NCBI GenBank assembly: GCA_949290355.1
Contig: CASERN010000011.1
Location: 669,865-733,864 of the forward strand
DNA from: an uncultured bacterium
Lineage (GTDB): Bacteria > Cyanobacteriota > Vampirovibrionia > Gastranaerophilales > Gastranaerophilaceae
Length of the DNA stretch: 64,000 bases
Direction: 5' to 3'
Numbering within the stretch: position 1 is the first letter of the stretch; every line of letters begins with the position of its first letter. Below the pieces are notes generated by a model. That model was not told where the DNA came from. It saw only the letters and a list, made by a program, of their open reading frames with translations, and did no database searches. The position numbers were made by a program, and so were the translations under genes. Below, piece by piece: positions 38,209 to 48,564 of the stretch.

Positions 38209-38919
38209 ATGGCGCAAAAGGTGAGAAATTATAATAGAAGATATCCTTCTGAGTATGGTATATTTAGAACTATTTTTTATATGTCTTTTTTGTATGTTGT
38301 TGTAATTCCATTTATGAAAATATTCTATAACTATACGATTACAGGTAGAGAAAATTTGCCTACAAAAGCCAAAAGCGGTAAATTTATTTATACTGCTAAT
38401 CATGTCTCTCATTTTGACCCTCCTATGGTTACAATGGCTTGTGGAAGACCAATTGCTTACATGGCAAAAAAAGAATTATTTGAAAAAGGTGATAAGTTTG
38501 AATGGTTAGTAAAAAGGCTTGGTGCATTTGCTGTAGATAGGACAAAACCAGAAATTGCGACATTTAAAACAGTTAAAGATATTTTATCAACAAGCTGGTC
38601 ATTGGGGGTTTTCCCTCAGGGTGGAATAAGACCTTATGGATCTGAATTGAGTGATTTAAAAAAAGGCTTTATTGTAATTGCGAAAAATGCTAAGGCAGAC
38701 ATTGTGCCTGTTGCAATTGGAGGTTTTGATGGATACCCGAAATTAAAACCTTTTACAAGAAGAAATGTTCATCTTCATGTTGGAAAACCTATTTCATATA
38801 AGTTAAGTGCTGAAGAAATTGTTTATGAATGGTGCAGACAGATATCTGAACATGCTGATTATGTTAATAATGCTCCTGTCCCAGAATCATATAAAAATAC
38901 TCAGCCTGAGAATGTTTAA
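38209..38919 (+). CDS. plsC: 1-acyl-sn-glycerol-3-phosphate acyltransferase family protein (tandem paralogue)
   Basis: NHVSHFDPP and FPQGGIRP are present. The ATG at 38209 follows SD TAGGAG. Confidence 0.75.
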   Translation: MAQKVRNYNRRYPSEYGIFRTIFYMSFLYVVVIPFMKIFYNYTITGRENLPTKAKSGKFIYTANHVSHFDPPMVTMACGRPIAYMAKKELFEKGDKFEWLVKRLGAFAVDRTKPEIATFKTVKDILSTSWSLGVFPQGGIRPYGSELSDLKKGFIVIAKNAKADIVPVAIGGFDGYPKLKPFTRRNVHLHVGKPISYKLSAEEIVYEWCRQISEHADYVNNAPVPESYKNTQPENV

Positions 38920-39064
38920 TTTCATTATTCGAAAATTTAATTAACTTATATTACTGTTCATAACAATGTAAATAAAATAAACCCTTTTCTTTGCTATGCT
39001 TGCACAAAATCTTTTTTGCAGTATGATTAATGTAAAACGTATTAATAAAGAAAAGGATAAAAAG

Positions 39065-40357
39065 ATGAAAGTAACTTTAGAAAAAGAAAAAGAAAATATT
39101 GTAAAATTAAATATTACAATTCCAGCAAAAGATGCAGCTGATGCTTATAACACTGCTGTTAGAAAAATTTCTCAGTATGTTAATATTGATGGTTTTAGAA
39201 AAGGAAAAGCACCTCGTGCAGTGGTAGAAAGACATGTTGGAACTGAAAGAATTAAACAAGAAGCTATTGAGTCATTAATGCCTAAAGCTATTAATCAGGC
39301 TGTTGTTGATAATAATTTAGATCTTATTGCTCAACCTTATATAACTAATTATAATTTCAATATTGGAGAAGATTTAACAGTTACTGCAAATGCAGAATTA
39401 AGACCTGAAGTTGAATTAGGACAATATAAAGGTTTGAATTTAGAAATTAAAGACACACCGGTTGAAGAAGATGCAATGCAAAAGTCAATTGATAATCTTT
39501 TAAAACAACATAGTACTCAGGAAACAGTAATTGATAGACCTACTAAAGAAACTGATATTGCTGTAATTGATTTTGAAGGTATTTCTAACGGTGAAAAAAT
39601 TAAAGGCGGAGATGCAAAAAATTATCCTTTAGATCTAGCTCATTCAAATTTTATTCCAGGTTTTGCTGAACAAATAGTTGGCAAAAAATTAAATGATGAA
39701 TTTGATATAAAAGTAACATTCCCTGAAGATTATCATGATGAAAAATTAAAAGGACAACCTGCAACATTTAAAATTAAAATTAATGAAATAAAAGAAAGAA
39801 AATTGCCTGAGCTAAATGATGAGTTTGCTCAAAAAGTCGGTCCTTTCAAAACAGTAGATGATTTAAAAGCTGACATTCAAAAATATCTTGATTCAAACAG
39901 AGAAAGAACAAACAAACAAAATGCTGAAAATGAAGTATTTAAAACAGTAATCGATTCTTCAAAAGTTGATATTCCTCAATCAATGATAGATAGAGAAGCA
40001 AATTCATTGAGAGAAGAATATAAACAGCGTTTGGCTGCTCAAGGTATCGATTGGGAAGCCCTTGTAAAATCTCAAGGTGAAGATGAACTTTTGAAAAATT
40101 TGAATGAAGATGCGAAAATCAGAATTAAAAATTCTTTGGTAATTGATAAAATTGCAAAAGATGAAAATATTAAACTAGACCAAAAAGATCTTGAAAGAAA
40201 ATTTGCACAACTAAGTGCAGCATATGGCTTAAAACCTCAAGATTTAATTAAACAGTTAGGACAAAATCCAGAAGTTATAGCTTCAATTTCTCAACAAGCA
40301 ATGAATGATAAAGTTCGTGATTTCTTGATGGAAAATAATAAAGTTGAAGTTAAATAA
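39065..40357 (+). CDS. tig: Trigger factor
   Basis: MKVTLEKEKENIVKLNITIP... and GFRKGKAP are present, with a central FKBP-type region. It sits upstream of clpP-clpX. The ATG at 39065 follows SD AAGGAT. Confidence 0.9.
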   Translation: MKVTLEKEKENIVKLNITIPAKDAADAYNTAVRKISQYVNIDGFRKGKAPRAVVERHVGTERIKQEAIESLMPKAINQAVVDNNLDLIAQPYITNYNFNIGEDLTVTANAELRPEVELGQYKGLNLEIKDTPVEEDAMQKSIDNLLKQHSTQETVIDRPTKETDIAVIDFEGISNGEKIKGGDAKNYPLDLAHSNFIPGFAEQIVGKKLNDEFDIKVTFPEDYHDEKLKGQPATFKIKINEIKERKLPELNDEFAQKVGPFKTVDDLKADIQKYLDSNRERTNKQNAENEVFKTVIDSSKVDIPQSMIDREANSLREEYKQRLAAQGIDWEALVKSQGEDELLKNLNEDAKIRIKNSLVIDKIAKDENIKLDQKDLERKFAQLSAAYGLKPQDLIKQLGQNPEVIASISQQAMNDKVRDFLMENNKVEVK

Positions 40358-40371
40358 TTATCAAATATAAT

Positions 40372-40404
40372 ATATGTGCCGTATTTACTACGGCACATAT
40401 TTTG
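40372..40404 (+). terminator. Rho-independent terminator after tig
   Basis: Perfect 12-bp stem ATATGTGCCGTA/TACGGCACATAT with a 5-nt loop, then TTT. Confidence 0.75.
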
Positions 40405-40498
40405 ATTAATATACAAAAAGTTATATAATGATATTAAATTCTATGTAAGATTATTAATTAATTTTACTGGAACCGGTTAAAAGAAAGGGAATTAAATC

Positions 40499-41089
40499 AT
40501 GAGTTTTGTACCTGTAGTAATAGAGCAATCAAGTAGAGGTGAACGTTCTTTTGATATTTTTTCAAGATTATTAAGAGAAAGAATTATTTTCTTAGGAACT
40601 CCTATTGATGATATGGTTGCAAATTTAGTTGTTGCCCAATTATTGTTATTGGATAGTGAAAACCCTGAAAAAGATATTATGTTGTATATAAATAGTCCTG
40701 GCGGTTCTGTTACAGCTGGTTTTGCTATTTACGATACTATGCAGCATATAAGAGCTGATGTATCTACAATATGCTTAGGTCAAGCGGCTTCTATGGGTGC
40801 ATTTTTGTTATCATCTGGCGCAAAGGGTAAAAGAATGGCTTTACCTCACTCAAGAGTTTTGATTCATCAACCTTTAGGTGGTGCTCAAGGACAAGCTACT
40901 GATATTGAAATTCAAGCTGCTGAAATTATCAGAATAAAAAAATCATTGAATGAAATTTTGGCTTCAAACACTGGTCAATCAATTAAAAAAATAGAAAAAG
41001 ATACAGATCGTGATTATATCATGACACCTGCTGAAGCTTTAGAATATGGTATGATTGATAAAGTTGTTTCACGAGACGCAATAAAATAA
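40499..41089 (+). CDS. clpP: ATP-dependent Clp protease proteolytic subunit
   Basis: [19 protein letters not shown] is present. The catalytic Ser context is [11 protein letters not shown], and HQPLGG is also present. Confidence 0.95.
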   Translation: MSFVPVVIEQSSRGERSFDIFSRLLRERIIFLGTPIDDMVANLVVAQLLLLDSENPEKDIMLYINSPGGSVTAGFAIYDTMQHIRADVSTICLGQAASMGAFLLSSGAKGKRMALPHSRVLIHQPLGGAQGQATDIEIQAAEIIRIKKSLNEILASNTGQSIKKIEKDTDRDYIMTPAEALEYGMIDKVVSRDAIK

Positions 41090-41138
41090 TAAAGAAAGGA
41101 AATACTAATTTAATAATAAATTGGTAATGGTATAAAAT

Positions 41139-42434
41139 ATGGTAAAACATGATGACAGCAGATTAAAATGTTCATTTTGCGGAAAATCTCAAGATCAAGT
41201 AAAAAAACTTATTGCTGGTCCTGAGGTTTATATTTGTGATGAATGTGTTGATTTGTGTAACCAGATTTTGGATGAAGAATTTTTTGAAAACAAAGAAAAA
41301 GACGGCATTGAGTCTTCTTCTGAGTCTGAAGAAAAACCTATTCCGAAACCTCATGAAATAAAAGCATATTTAGATGAATATATTGTAGGTCAGGATGATG
41401 CTAAAAAAGTTTTATCCGTTGCTGTATACAATCACTACAAACGTTTGAAGCATAACAAAGATACAAAAGATTCTGTTGAAATCCAAAAATCAAATATTCT
41501 TTTAGTTGGACCAACAGGATCTGGTAAAACCTTGTTAGCTCAGACACTTGCTAAAATGCTAGATGTTCCTTTTGCAGTTGCAGATGCGACAACATTAACC
41601 GAGGCCGGTTATGTTGGTGATGACGTTGAAAATATATTGTTAAGACTTTATCAAAATGCTGATTTTGATTCTGCAAAAGCAGAAAGAGGTATTATATATA
41701 TTGATGAAATTGATAAAATTTCAAGAAAATCTGAAAATACTTCTATTACTCGTGATGTTTCAGGTGAAGGTGTTCAACAAGCTTTATTAAAAATGATTGA
41801 AGGAACTGTAGCTCATGTTCCTCCTCAGGGTGGAAGAAAACATCCCCATCAAGAGTTTATCGAAATTGATACAAAAAATATCTTATTTATTGTAGGTGGT
41901 GCTTTTGTTGGCTTGGAAAAAATTGTTGAGCATCGTGCCGGTGAAGGAATTTCTGTTGGTTTTGGAGCAAAAGCTCCTTTAACTCAAGCTGAAAAAGAAG
42001 CAAATGCTGTCAAAATGCTTAAAAAGCTCCAACCTGAAGATTTACTTAAATTCGGTTTAATTCCAGAATTTATAGGTCGTATTCCTATTTATGCGGTATT
42101 GGATCAATTAAATGAGAAAACTTTAAAAATGATTTTAACTGAGCCTAAAAATGCTGTATTGAAACAATACCAAGCATTGTTGAAAATGGATGGTGTTGAT
42201 TTAGAATTTGAACCTGAGGCAATTGATTTAATTGCACAAGAGGCAATCAAGCGAAAAACTGGTGCAAGAGCTTTAAGATCAATTGTTGAAGAAATAATGT
42301 TAGATGTAATGTATGATGTTCCTACTAAAAAAGATATTACTACATTTACTGTTACTGCAGATATGGTAAAGAACCGAAAAAATGCTGAGGTTTTGCCTTT
42401 ACCGACGCCAAAAGATAAAGAAATTACAGCTTAG
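41139..42434 (+). CDS. clpX: ATP-dependent Clp protease ATP-binding subunit ClpX
   Basis: Zinc finger CSFCGK...CDECVDLC. Walker A is GPTGSGKT and Walker B is IIYIDEIDK. Confidence 0.95.
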   Translation: MVKHDDSRLKCSFCGKSQDQVKKLIAGPEVYICDECVDLCNQILDEEFFENKEKDGIESSSESEEKPIPKPHEIKAYLDEYIVGQDDAKKVLSVAVYNHYKRLKHNKDTKDSVEIQKSNILLVGPTGSGKTLLAQTLAKMLDVPFAVADATTLTEAGYVGDDVENILLRLYQNADFDSAKAERGIIYIDEIDKISRKSENTSITRDVSGEGVQQALLKMIEGTVAHVPPQGGRKHPHQEFIEIDTKNILFIVGGAFVGLEKIVEHRAGEGISVGFGAKAPLTQAEKEANAVKMLKKLQPEDLLKFGLIPEFIGRIPIYAVLDQLNEKTLKMILTEPKNAVLKQYQALLKMDGVDLEFEPEAIDLIAQEAIKRKTGARALRSIVEEIMLDVMYDVPTKKDITTFTVTADMVKNRKNAEVLPLPTPKDKEITA

Positions 42435-42467
42435 CAAAAAAAAGACCGTTAAAACGGTCTTTTTTTT
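42435..42467 (+). terminator. Rho-independent terminator after clpX
   Basis: AAAAAAAAGACCGTT-AA-AACGGTCTTTTTTTT. Confidence 0.8.
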
Positions 42468-42520
42468 GTATATAACTTAACATATTTGTAAATTCTTTTA
42501 ATTTGTGAAAAAATACTTAT

Positions 42521-45373
42521 ATGGATAATAGTAAAACTTTAATTTTGATTGATGGACATGCACTGGCATTTAGACAATTTTTTGCTTTAGAAAGAACTAA
42601 TATGCAGACTTCAGAAGGAACTCCTACTTGGGCTGTTTATGGCTTTTTTAAAGCTATTTTTGATTTATTAAAAAATAAAGATTTAAAACCTGATGCAATT
42701 GCTGTTGCTTTTGATGTAAGTCATCATACATTCAGAACTGAGACTTATGCTGATTATAAATGTAACCGTGAGGCTATGCCTGATAATATGAAGATTCAGA
42801 TGAATCTTATATATGAAGGACTAAAAGCATTTAATATTCCTATTTATACTAAGGAAGGATATGAAGCGGATGACGTAATTGGGACAATTTCTAAACAAGC
42901 ATGTACATTAGGTCATAATGTTTTGATATTAACTGGAGATCAGGATGCTTTTCAATTAGTAGATAAAGACGGTTGTGTAAAGGTGATTTTACCCTCAAAA
43001 GGAGAGCTTATTGAGTATGATTGGGATAAAATTTATGATAAATTAGGTGTATATCCTAATCAAGTAATTGATTATAAAGGTTTGCGCGGAGATGTTTCTG
43101 ATTGTATTCCCGGCGTGAAGGGTATTGGAGAAAAAACAGCTCAAAAGCTCCTTGCAAGATATGGTTGTTTAGATAAAGTTCTTGAAGATTGTGAAAATAT
43201 CGCTGAAAAATCAATTCGTGAAAAAATTTGTGCAGGTAAAGAACAAGCAAAAATGAGTCAGTATTTGGCAACTATTGTCAGAGATATTGATGTTTCTTTT
43301 GATTTTGAAAAAGCAAAAATATTTCTTCCAGATATTGCTGTTGTAACTGATTATTTGAAAAAAATGCAGTTTTATACATTTATAAAAAATATAAATGAGA
43401 TAATGGGTTTGTTTAATGAATCTAAAGATCTTGATTTTACAAATTCTAAAACAACAGATAATATGCAGTTAGGATTTTTTGCTAATGAAGTAAACAATCA
43501 AATTAATAAAAATGCTGATTATAGTGCGAATTTCAATTTAATTTTAACGATAGAAAATTTACAGCTGGCGATTAATAAGTTAAAACAACAGACTTTAATT
43601 GCATTTAGAGTGTATGCAGAGGTATCATCTGCTGTTGATTCTGAAGTTATAGGTTTTGCTTTTGCATTTAATTCTGATATATCTTCAAAAAACGGCAAAA
43701 TAGACTTTAGGAATCAAGATTCAAATTATGATGTTTTTTATGTACCAATAAAACATTCAGATATTGAAAATCAGTTTTCTTTATCAGAGGCAATAGAATT
43801 AGTTAAACCTGTTTTTGAGGATATTAACATAAAAAAAGCAACTTTTGATGCAAAAAATGAATATAATATTTTAAGAAATATCGGAATAAAGTCTGAAGGA
43901 ATTATTTTTGATGATATGCTTGCTAGTTATGTAAAGGATCCACAACGCAATCATAATTTAGATATTCAGGCAATGGAACATTTGGATTATGCTGTTCATC
44001 AATTTGCACCTTTGGAAAAAGATAAGAAAAAACAAGTAAAATTTTCAGGCGCAGAGCAAGAAAACGTAAAATTATTCGTAAAAGACGAGTTGATATCTAT
44101 TATAGAGTTATCTAAATTTTGGCATTCTAATTTAGATGAAAAAGAATTAGAACTTGTTTATAATATAGAGGTTCCTTTGGCTCTTGTTCTGGCAGATATG
44201 GAATATACAGGGGTCTCTGTTGATGAATTATATTTAAAATCTTTAACAGTATTTATGAATAATGAGCTTTTAAAGCTTGAAAATAGAATTTATGAAATTG
44301 CAGGATGTACATTTAATGTAAATTCTCCAAGACAAGTTGGAGAAGTTTTGTTCGAAAAATTAGGCTTGAAAGCTAAGAAAAAAAGAGGCAAGTCAGGTTA
44401 TTCAACAAATGCTGCTGTATTGGAAGAATTAGCTGAAGAAAATGAAGTTGCGAGATTAATACTTGATTATAGAAAGTATGCAAAGTTAAAATCAACTTAT
44501 ACAGAAGCTTTACCTGCTTTAATTGATAAAAAAGATGGAAGAATTCATACTACATATAACCAAACAGTTACTGTAACAGGAAGATTATCATCTTCTAATC
44601 CAAATTTACAAAATATTCCTATTAGGACTGAAGAAGGTAATAAAATAAGAAATGCATTTGTGCCTAAAGATAAAGAAAATTGGCTAATTTTATCAGCAGA
44701 TTATTCTCAAATTGAATTAAGATTATTAGCTCATATTTCACAGGATCAACATTTAAAAGACGCTTTTAATTCAGGTATTGATGTGCATACTTTGACTGCT
44801 TCAAAAGTATTTGATGTTCCAGTGGAAGATGTTACAAAGGATATGAGGTATAAATCAAAGGCTGTAAACTTTGGGATTATATATGGACAAACAAAATATG
44901 GGCTTGCAAAGGCTTTGGGAATTTCAAATTCTGATGCAGAGATGTTTATAAGTAAATATTTTGCAACATATCCGAAAGTTCAGGCATATATGGAAGGCAC
45001 TGTAAAAGAGGTTATGCAAAAAGGTTATGTTGAAACTATTTTTGGTAGAAAGCGCTATTTGATGTCAGAGCTTTCAAGTTCAAATAATATGATAAGAGAG
45101 TTTGCTAAAAGAGCTGCAATTAATCAGCCTATGCAAGGTACTGCTGCAGATTTAATGAAAATTGCAATGATTGATTTTAATAAAAAATTGATAGATAATA
45201 ATTTAAAATCCAAAATGATTATGCAAGTGCATGATGAGCTTGTGATTGAAGTATATAAGCCAGAGCTTGAAAAAGTTAAAGAGCTTGTAAAACAGGCGAT
45301 GGAACTTAACCAGCCTTTATCTGTTCCGTTGGTAATTGATATTAATGTAGGTGAATCATGGAAAGAACAATAA
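42521..45373 (+). CDS. polA: DNA polymerase I
   Basis: It has a 5' nuclease domain (LILIDGHALAFR) and polymerase motifs DYSQIELR, RYKSKAVNFGIIYG and QVHDEL. The Exo I acidic residues appear to be replaced (IAFRVYAEV against FAFDTETDS). Confidence 0.95.
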   Translation: MDNSKTLILIDGHALAFRQFFALERTNMQTSEGTPTWAVYGFFKAIFDLLKNKDLKPDAIAVAFDVSHHTFRTETYADYKCNREAMPDNMKIQMNLIYEGLKAFNIPIYTKEGYEADDVIGTISKQACTLGHNVLILTGDQDAFQLVDKDGCVKVILPSKGELIEYDWDKIYDKLGVYPNQVIDYKGLRGDVSDCIPGVKGIGEKTAQKLLARYGCLDKVLEDCENIAEKSIREKICAGKEQAKMSQYLATIVRDIDVSFDFEKAKIFLPDIAVVTDYLKKMQFYTFIKNINEIMGLFNESKDLDFTNSKTTDNMQLGFFANEVNNQINKNADYSANFNLILTIENLQLAINKLKQQTLIAFRVYAEVSSAVDSEVIGFAFAFNSDISSKNGKIDFRNQDSNYDVFYVPIKHSDIENQFSLSEAIELVKPVFEDINIKKATFDAKNEYNILRNIGIKSEGIIFDDMLASYVKDPQRNHNLDIQAMEHLDYAVHQFAPLEKDKKKQVKFSGAEQENVKLFVKDELISIIELSKFWHSNLDEKELELVYNIEVPLALVLADMEYTGVSVDELYLKSLTVFMNNELLKLENRIYEIAGCTFNVNSPRQVGEVLFEKLGLKAKKKRGKSGYSTNAAVLEELAEENEVARLILDYRKYAKLKSTYTEALPALIDKKDGRIHTTYNQTVTVTGRLSSSNPNLQNIPIRTEEGNKIRNAFVPKDKENWLILSADYSQIELRLLAHISQDQHLKDAFNSGIDVHTLTASKVFDVPVEDVTKDMRYKSKAVNFGIIYGQTKYGLAKALGISNSDAEMFISKYFATYPKVQAYMEGTVKEVMQKGYVETIFGRKRYLMSELSSSNNMIREFAKRAAINQPMQGTAADLMKIAMIDFNKKLIDNNLKSKMIMQVHDELVIEVYKPELEKVKELVKQAMELNQPLSVPLVIDINVGESWKEQ

Positions 45374-45780
45374 AATTTTTATTAATATTTTTATTTACAT
45401 TATTTTTAGGTTCAATTAGTGTAAAAGCTGATGATGAAATGCCTTTAAGCACTTTAATAACTCCTCAGAACGTTGATTTCAATATTTGTACAAGAAATTA
45501 TATATTACCTGCTGAAAAATTATTTTATATGGCTATAGCTAGTGCAAATGCTAATAATTTTGAAGTAGAGGAGATACAATCAAAAACAGGTTATATATTA
45601 TTTTCAGCAGTTGGCAAGCAGTATCTAGCTAGTGTTGTAAAAATTGATGGAAATCACTCTTTGTTAAAGATTACTCCGACTAATAACAATTATTTTTTCC
45701 CGCCAGGAGTTGTATTAAATTTCTTTAGATATATTGATTTATATGGAGCTACACCATTAGTTACTTTACCAAAAGTTTAG
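45358..45780 (+). CDS. Hypothetical secreted protein
   Basis: Signal peptide FLLIFLFTLFLGSISVKA. SD is GGTGA. It overlaps the polA 3' end by 16 nt. Confidence 0.5.
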   Translation: MERTIKFLLIFLFTLFLGSISVKADDEMPLSTLITPQNVDFNICTRNYILPAEKLFYMAIASANANNFEVEEIQSKTGYILFSAVGKQYLASVVKIDGNHSLLKITPTNNNYFFPPGVVLNFFRYIDLYGATPLVTLPKV

Positions 45781-46586
45781 TTCAATACCTCAAATGCTTC
45801 ATTCACAATCTTTTCAATATCAAATTCGGTTTCATTGTCTTTATCTGTAGAAAGCCAAATGAGATATTCTATATTCCCAGACGGTCCTTTTATAGATGAA
45901 TATGTCAGACCTTTTATATTATATTCAAGTAATTTCGCGCAGGAAATAACATTTTTAATAACTTCTGAATGGATTTTTTTATCTCTTACTACTCCGCCTT
46001 TTTGAACATTTTCTTTCCCTGCTTCAAATTGAGGTTTTATAAGACAAATCATTTCATGAAAATTCGGATCAAGTAATTTTTTTAAATTTGCAAGAACTTT
46101 TGTAAGAGAAATAAATGATAAATCACTTACCAGCAGATTAGCTACAGGCTCATCTGCTTTATATATATCTTCATAGCTGCAAATTCTTAAATTTGTTTTT
46201 TCAATAGCTTTTACTCTTTTATCTGATCTGATTTTCCAGTCTAACTGCCCATATCCAACATCTGCGGCATATACAAATTTAGCACCATTTTGTAATAAGC
46301 AGTCTGTAAAACCTCCAGTAGATGCACCTGCGTCAAGGCATATTCTTTCATTAATTTTTACAGGAAAAGTGTCAAGTGCTTTTTTTAGTTTAAAACCGCC
46401 TCTTGATACGTATGGCATTGATTTTACCTGAATATCATATTCTTTAGTCGGATTAATTTGAAATCCGGCTTTTGTTATATATTCGTCGTTAATTTTTACT
46501 TGCCCTGCTAATATTGCTGATGCAGCTTTGCTTTTAGTATCAAAGTAGCCTAAATCTGTTAAATATTTATCTAATCTTTCTTTCAT
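45777..46586 (-). CDS. tlyA: TlyA-family rRNA (cytidine-2'-O)-methyltransferase
   Basis: N-terminal S4 domain (RLDKYL...SKAASAILAGQVKIN) and the FtsJ SAM motif LDAGASTGGFTDC. Confidence 0.85.
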   Translation of the reverse strand: MKERLDKYLTDLGYFDTKSKAASAILAGQVKINDEYITKAGFQINPTKEYDIQVKSMPYVSRGGFKLKKALDTFPVKINERICLDAGASTGGFTDCLLQNGAKFVYAADVGYGQLDWKIRSDKRVKAIEKTNLRICSYEDIYKADEPVANLLVSDLSFISLTKVLANLKKLLDPNFHEMICLIKPQFEAGKENVQKGGVVRDKKIHSEVIKNVISCAKLLEYNIKGLTYSSIKGPSGNIEYLIWLSTDKDNETEFDIEKIVNEAFEVLN

Positions 46587-47338
46587 ATATTAAATATTCT
46601 TTCCGCATTTTGTGTTGTAATATTTTTCACGTCATTTATGGTAATATTTTTAATTTTTGCGATTTCTTCTGCTACAAATTTTACATATGCCGGTTGATTT
46701 TCTTTCCCTCTATATGGTACAGGTGTTAAATATGGAGCATCTGTTTCCAGAATTATTTTTTCTATAGGCACATTTTTTACGACATCTTTCATTTTTATTG
46801 CGTTTTTAAATGTAACTACGCCGCCTATTCCTAAATACCACCCTTCTTTTATACATTCTTTAGCAAATTCTACGCTGCCTGAAAAGCAATGCATTATTAT
46901 TGTAGAATTTTTATTGTATTTTTTTACTATATCAAAAGTATCTTTATGCGCTTCTCTATCATGGATATCAATTGGGAGATTAAGAGAATTTGCAAGTTTT
47001 ATTTGTTTTATAAAAATTTCTTTTTGAAGCTCATTAAAACTTTTATCCCAGTAATAATCCAAACCTATTTCACCGATGCCTACAATTTTTTTGTTTTTTG
47101 AGTATTCTCTAATTTTATCAATTATACTATCGTCCCAGTCTTTCGCTTCAGATGGATGAATTCCAAGCATTCCATATACATTTTCGTATTTGTCAATTAA
47201 CTTCATTATGTCATCAAAGTCAGATTTACAGGCAGCTGGAACAATAACTTTTTCAATACCGTTTCTTTTTGCATTTTCAAGTATTTCGTCGGTGTTTAAT
47301 TCCAAAATTGTATTTATATGTGAATGTGTATCAATCAT
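46583..47338 (-). CDS. tatD: TatD-family metal-dependent hydrolase
   Basis: MIDTHSHIN, GEIGLDY, DIHDREA, IMHCFSG and ETDAPYL are all present. Confidence 0.85.
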   Translation of the reverse strand: MIDTHSHINTILELNTDEILENAKRNGIEKVIVPAACKSDFDDIMKLIDKYENVYGMLGIHPSEAKDWDDSIIDKIREYSKNKKIVGIGEIGLDYYWDKSFNELQKEIFIKQIKLANSLNLPIDIHDREAHKDTFDIVKKYNKNSTIIMHCFSGSVEFAKECIKEGWYLGIGGVVTFKNAIKMKDVVKNVPIEKIILETDAPYLTPVPYRGKENQPAYVKFVAEEIAKIKNITINDVKNITTQNAERIFNI

Positions 47339-47379
47339 ATAGAGATTATAGCACGATTATGTGTTATAATTAAACAAGC

Positions 47380-48114
47380 ATGGAAAAGAGAAATTTAAAA
47401 ATATCAATAGCCCATTTATATCCTAAATTGCTTAATTTGTATGGAGATATGGGGAATATTATAACTCTTATTAAGCGTTGTGAATGGCGCGGTATATCTG
47501 TTGAATTTGAACAGATTAATATTGGCGATAAAATCTCAAAACACGATTTATACTTTATAGGTGGTGGACAAGATAAACAACAGCAAGAGGTTGCAGGAGA
47601 GCTATATAAAAATAAGGATTTTTTGATTTGCGAAAGAGACAATAATTCTGTTTTTTTAGGCATATGCGGAGGCTATCAGCTTTTTGGACATTACTATCAG
47701 CCTTTTGAAGGTGATAAACTTTTAGGCATAAGTTTAATGGATGCTTATACTGTTGCCGGAAAAAAAAGATTTATTGGAAATGTTACAATTCAGACAGACT
47801 TTTTGACACCATCAACTCTTGTCGGTTTTGAAAATCATAGCGGATTGACTTATCTACAGGGAGATACTATACCTTTAGGAAAAGTTACGGTTGGAAATGG
47901 TAATAATGGTGTTGATAAAACAGAAGGAGCTCGTTATAAAAATGTATTTGGAACGTATTTACATGGGTCTCTTTTGCCTAAAAATCCAAATTTTGCTGAT
48001 TATTTAATAGAATTAGCTTTAGAAAAACGTTATGGAGAAAAATTTAATTTGTCTAAATTAGATGATAAAATAGAATATGAAACGCATAATTCGCTAGTAG
48101 GAAAAGCATATTAA
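47380..48114 (+). CDS. gatD: Lipid II isoglutaminyl synthase glutaminase subunit GatD (CobB/CobQ-like GATase)
   Basis: It is collinear by eye with S. aureus GatD: LNLYGDMGNIITL, FIGGGQD, catalytic Cys in GICGGYQLFG, GFENHSG and GTYLHGSLLPKNP. Confidence 0.8.
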   Translation: MEKRNLKISIAHLYPKLLNLYGDMGNIITLIKRCEWRGISVEFEQINIGDKISKHDLYFIGGGQDKQQQEVAGELYKNKDFLICERDNNSVFLGICGGYQLFGHYYQPFEGDKLLGISLMDAYTVAGKKRFIGNVTIQTDFLTPSTLVGFENHSGLTYLQGDTIPLGKVTVGNGNNGVDKTEGARYKNVFGTYLHGSLLPKNPNFADYLIELALEKRYGEKFNLSKLDDKIEYETHNSLVGKAY

Positions 48115-48539
48115 TGAATAGAGAATCCGTTGTAAATTTGTATAATAGGTGGTGTTTAATATCCGATAAAATTCGCTTTTTGCTTGTCGGAGGTTTTAAT
48201 GCTGCTTTTTCTTATGTAATATTTGCATTAGCTTTTTATTTGATGCATCATCAGCATTATCAAATATGTGTTGCATTACAGTGGATTATATCTTCTGTTT
48301 TTTCATTTACTAATCAAAAAGTTTTTGTATTTTGTACAAAGGGTAATTGGTTGAAAGAGTATTTTAAGTGTTGTACTACTTGGGTTGTAAGTTATATTTG
48401 TAATGCCATAATCCTTGAGATAATCGTTAGATATGTTACTAAAAACGTTTATATTGGACAAATTATTTCTATTTTTATGGCATCAATTGTTACCTATTTA
48501 TTATTTAAGTACTTTGCATTTAAGCATCATAAAAAATAA
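48114..48539 (+). CDS. GtrA-family membrane protein
   Basis: 141 aa with four TM segments and the N-terminal FLLVGGFNAAFSYVIF motif. The start overlaps the gatD stop (TAATG). Confidence 0.7.
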   Translation: MNRESVVNLYNRWCLISDKIRFLLVGGFNAAFSYVIFALAFYLMHHQHYQICVALQWIISSVFSFTNQKVFVFCTKGNWLKEYFKCCTTWVVSYICNAIILEIIVRYVTKNVYIGQIISIFMASIVTYLLFKYFAFKHHKK

Positions 48540-48564
48540 AAGCGGTTATTATTTAACCGCTTTT
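48538..48564. terminator. Bidirectional terminator between the gtrA-like gene and proS
   Basis: Stem AAAAGCGGTT/AACCGCTTTT with a 7-nt loop. The 3' arm overlaps the last proS codons. Confidence 0.65.
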
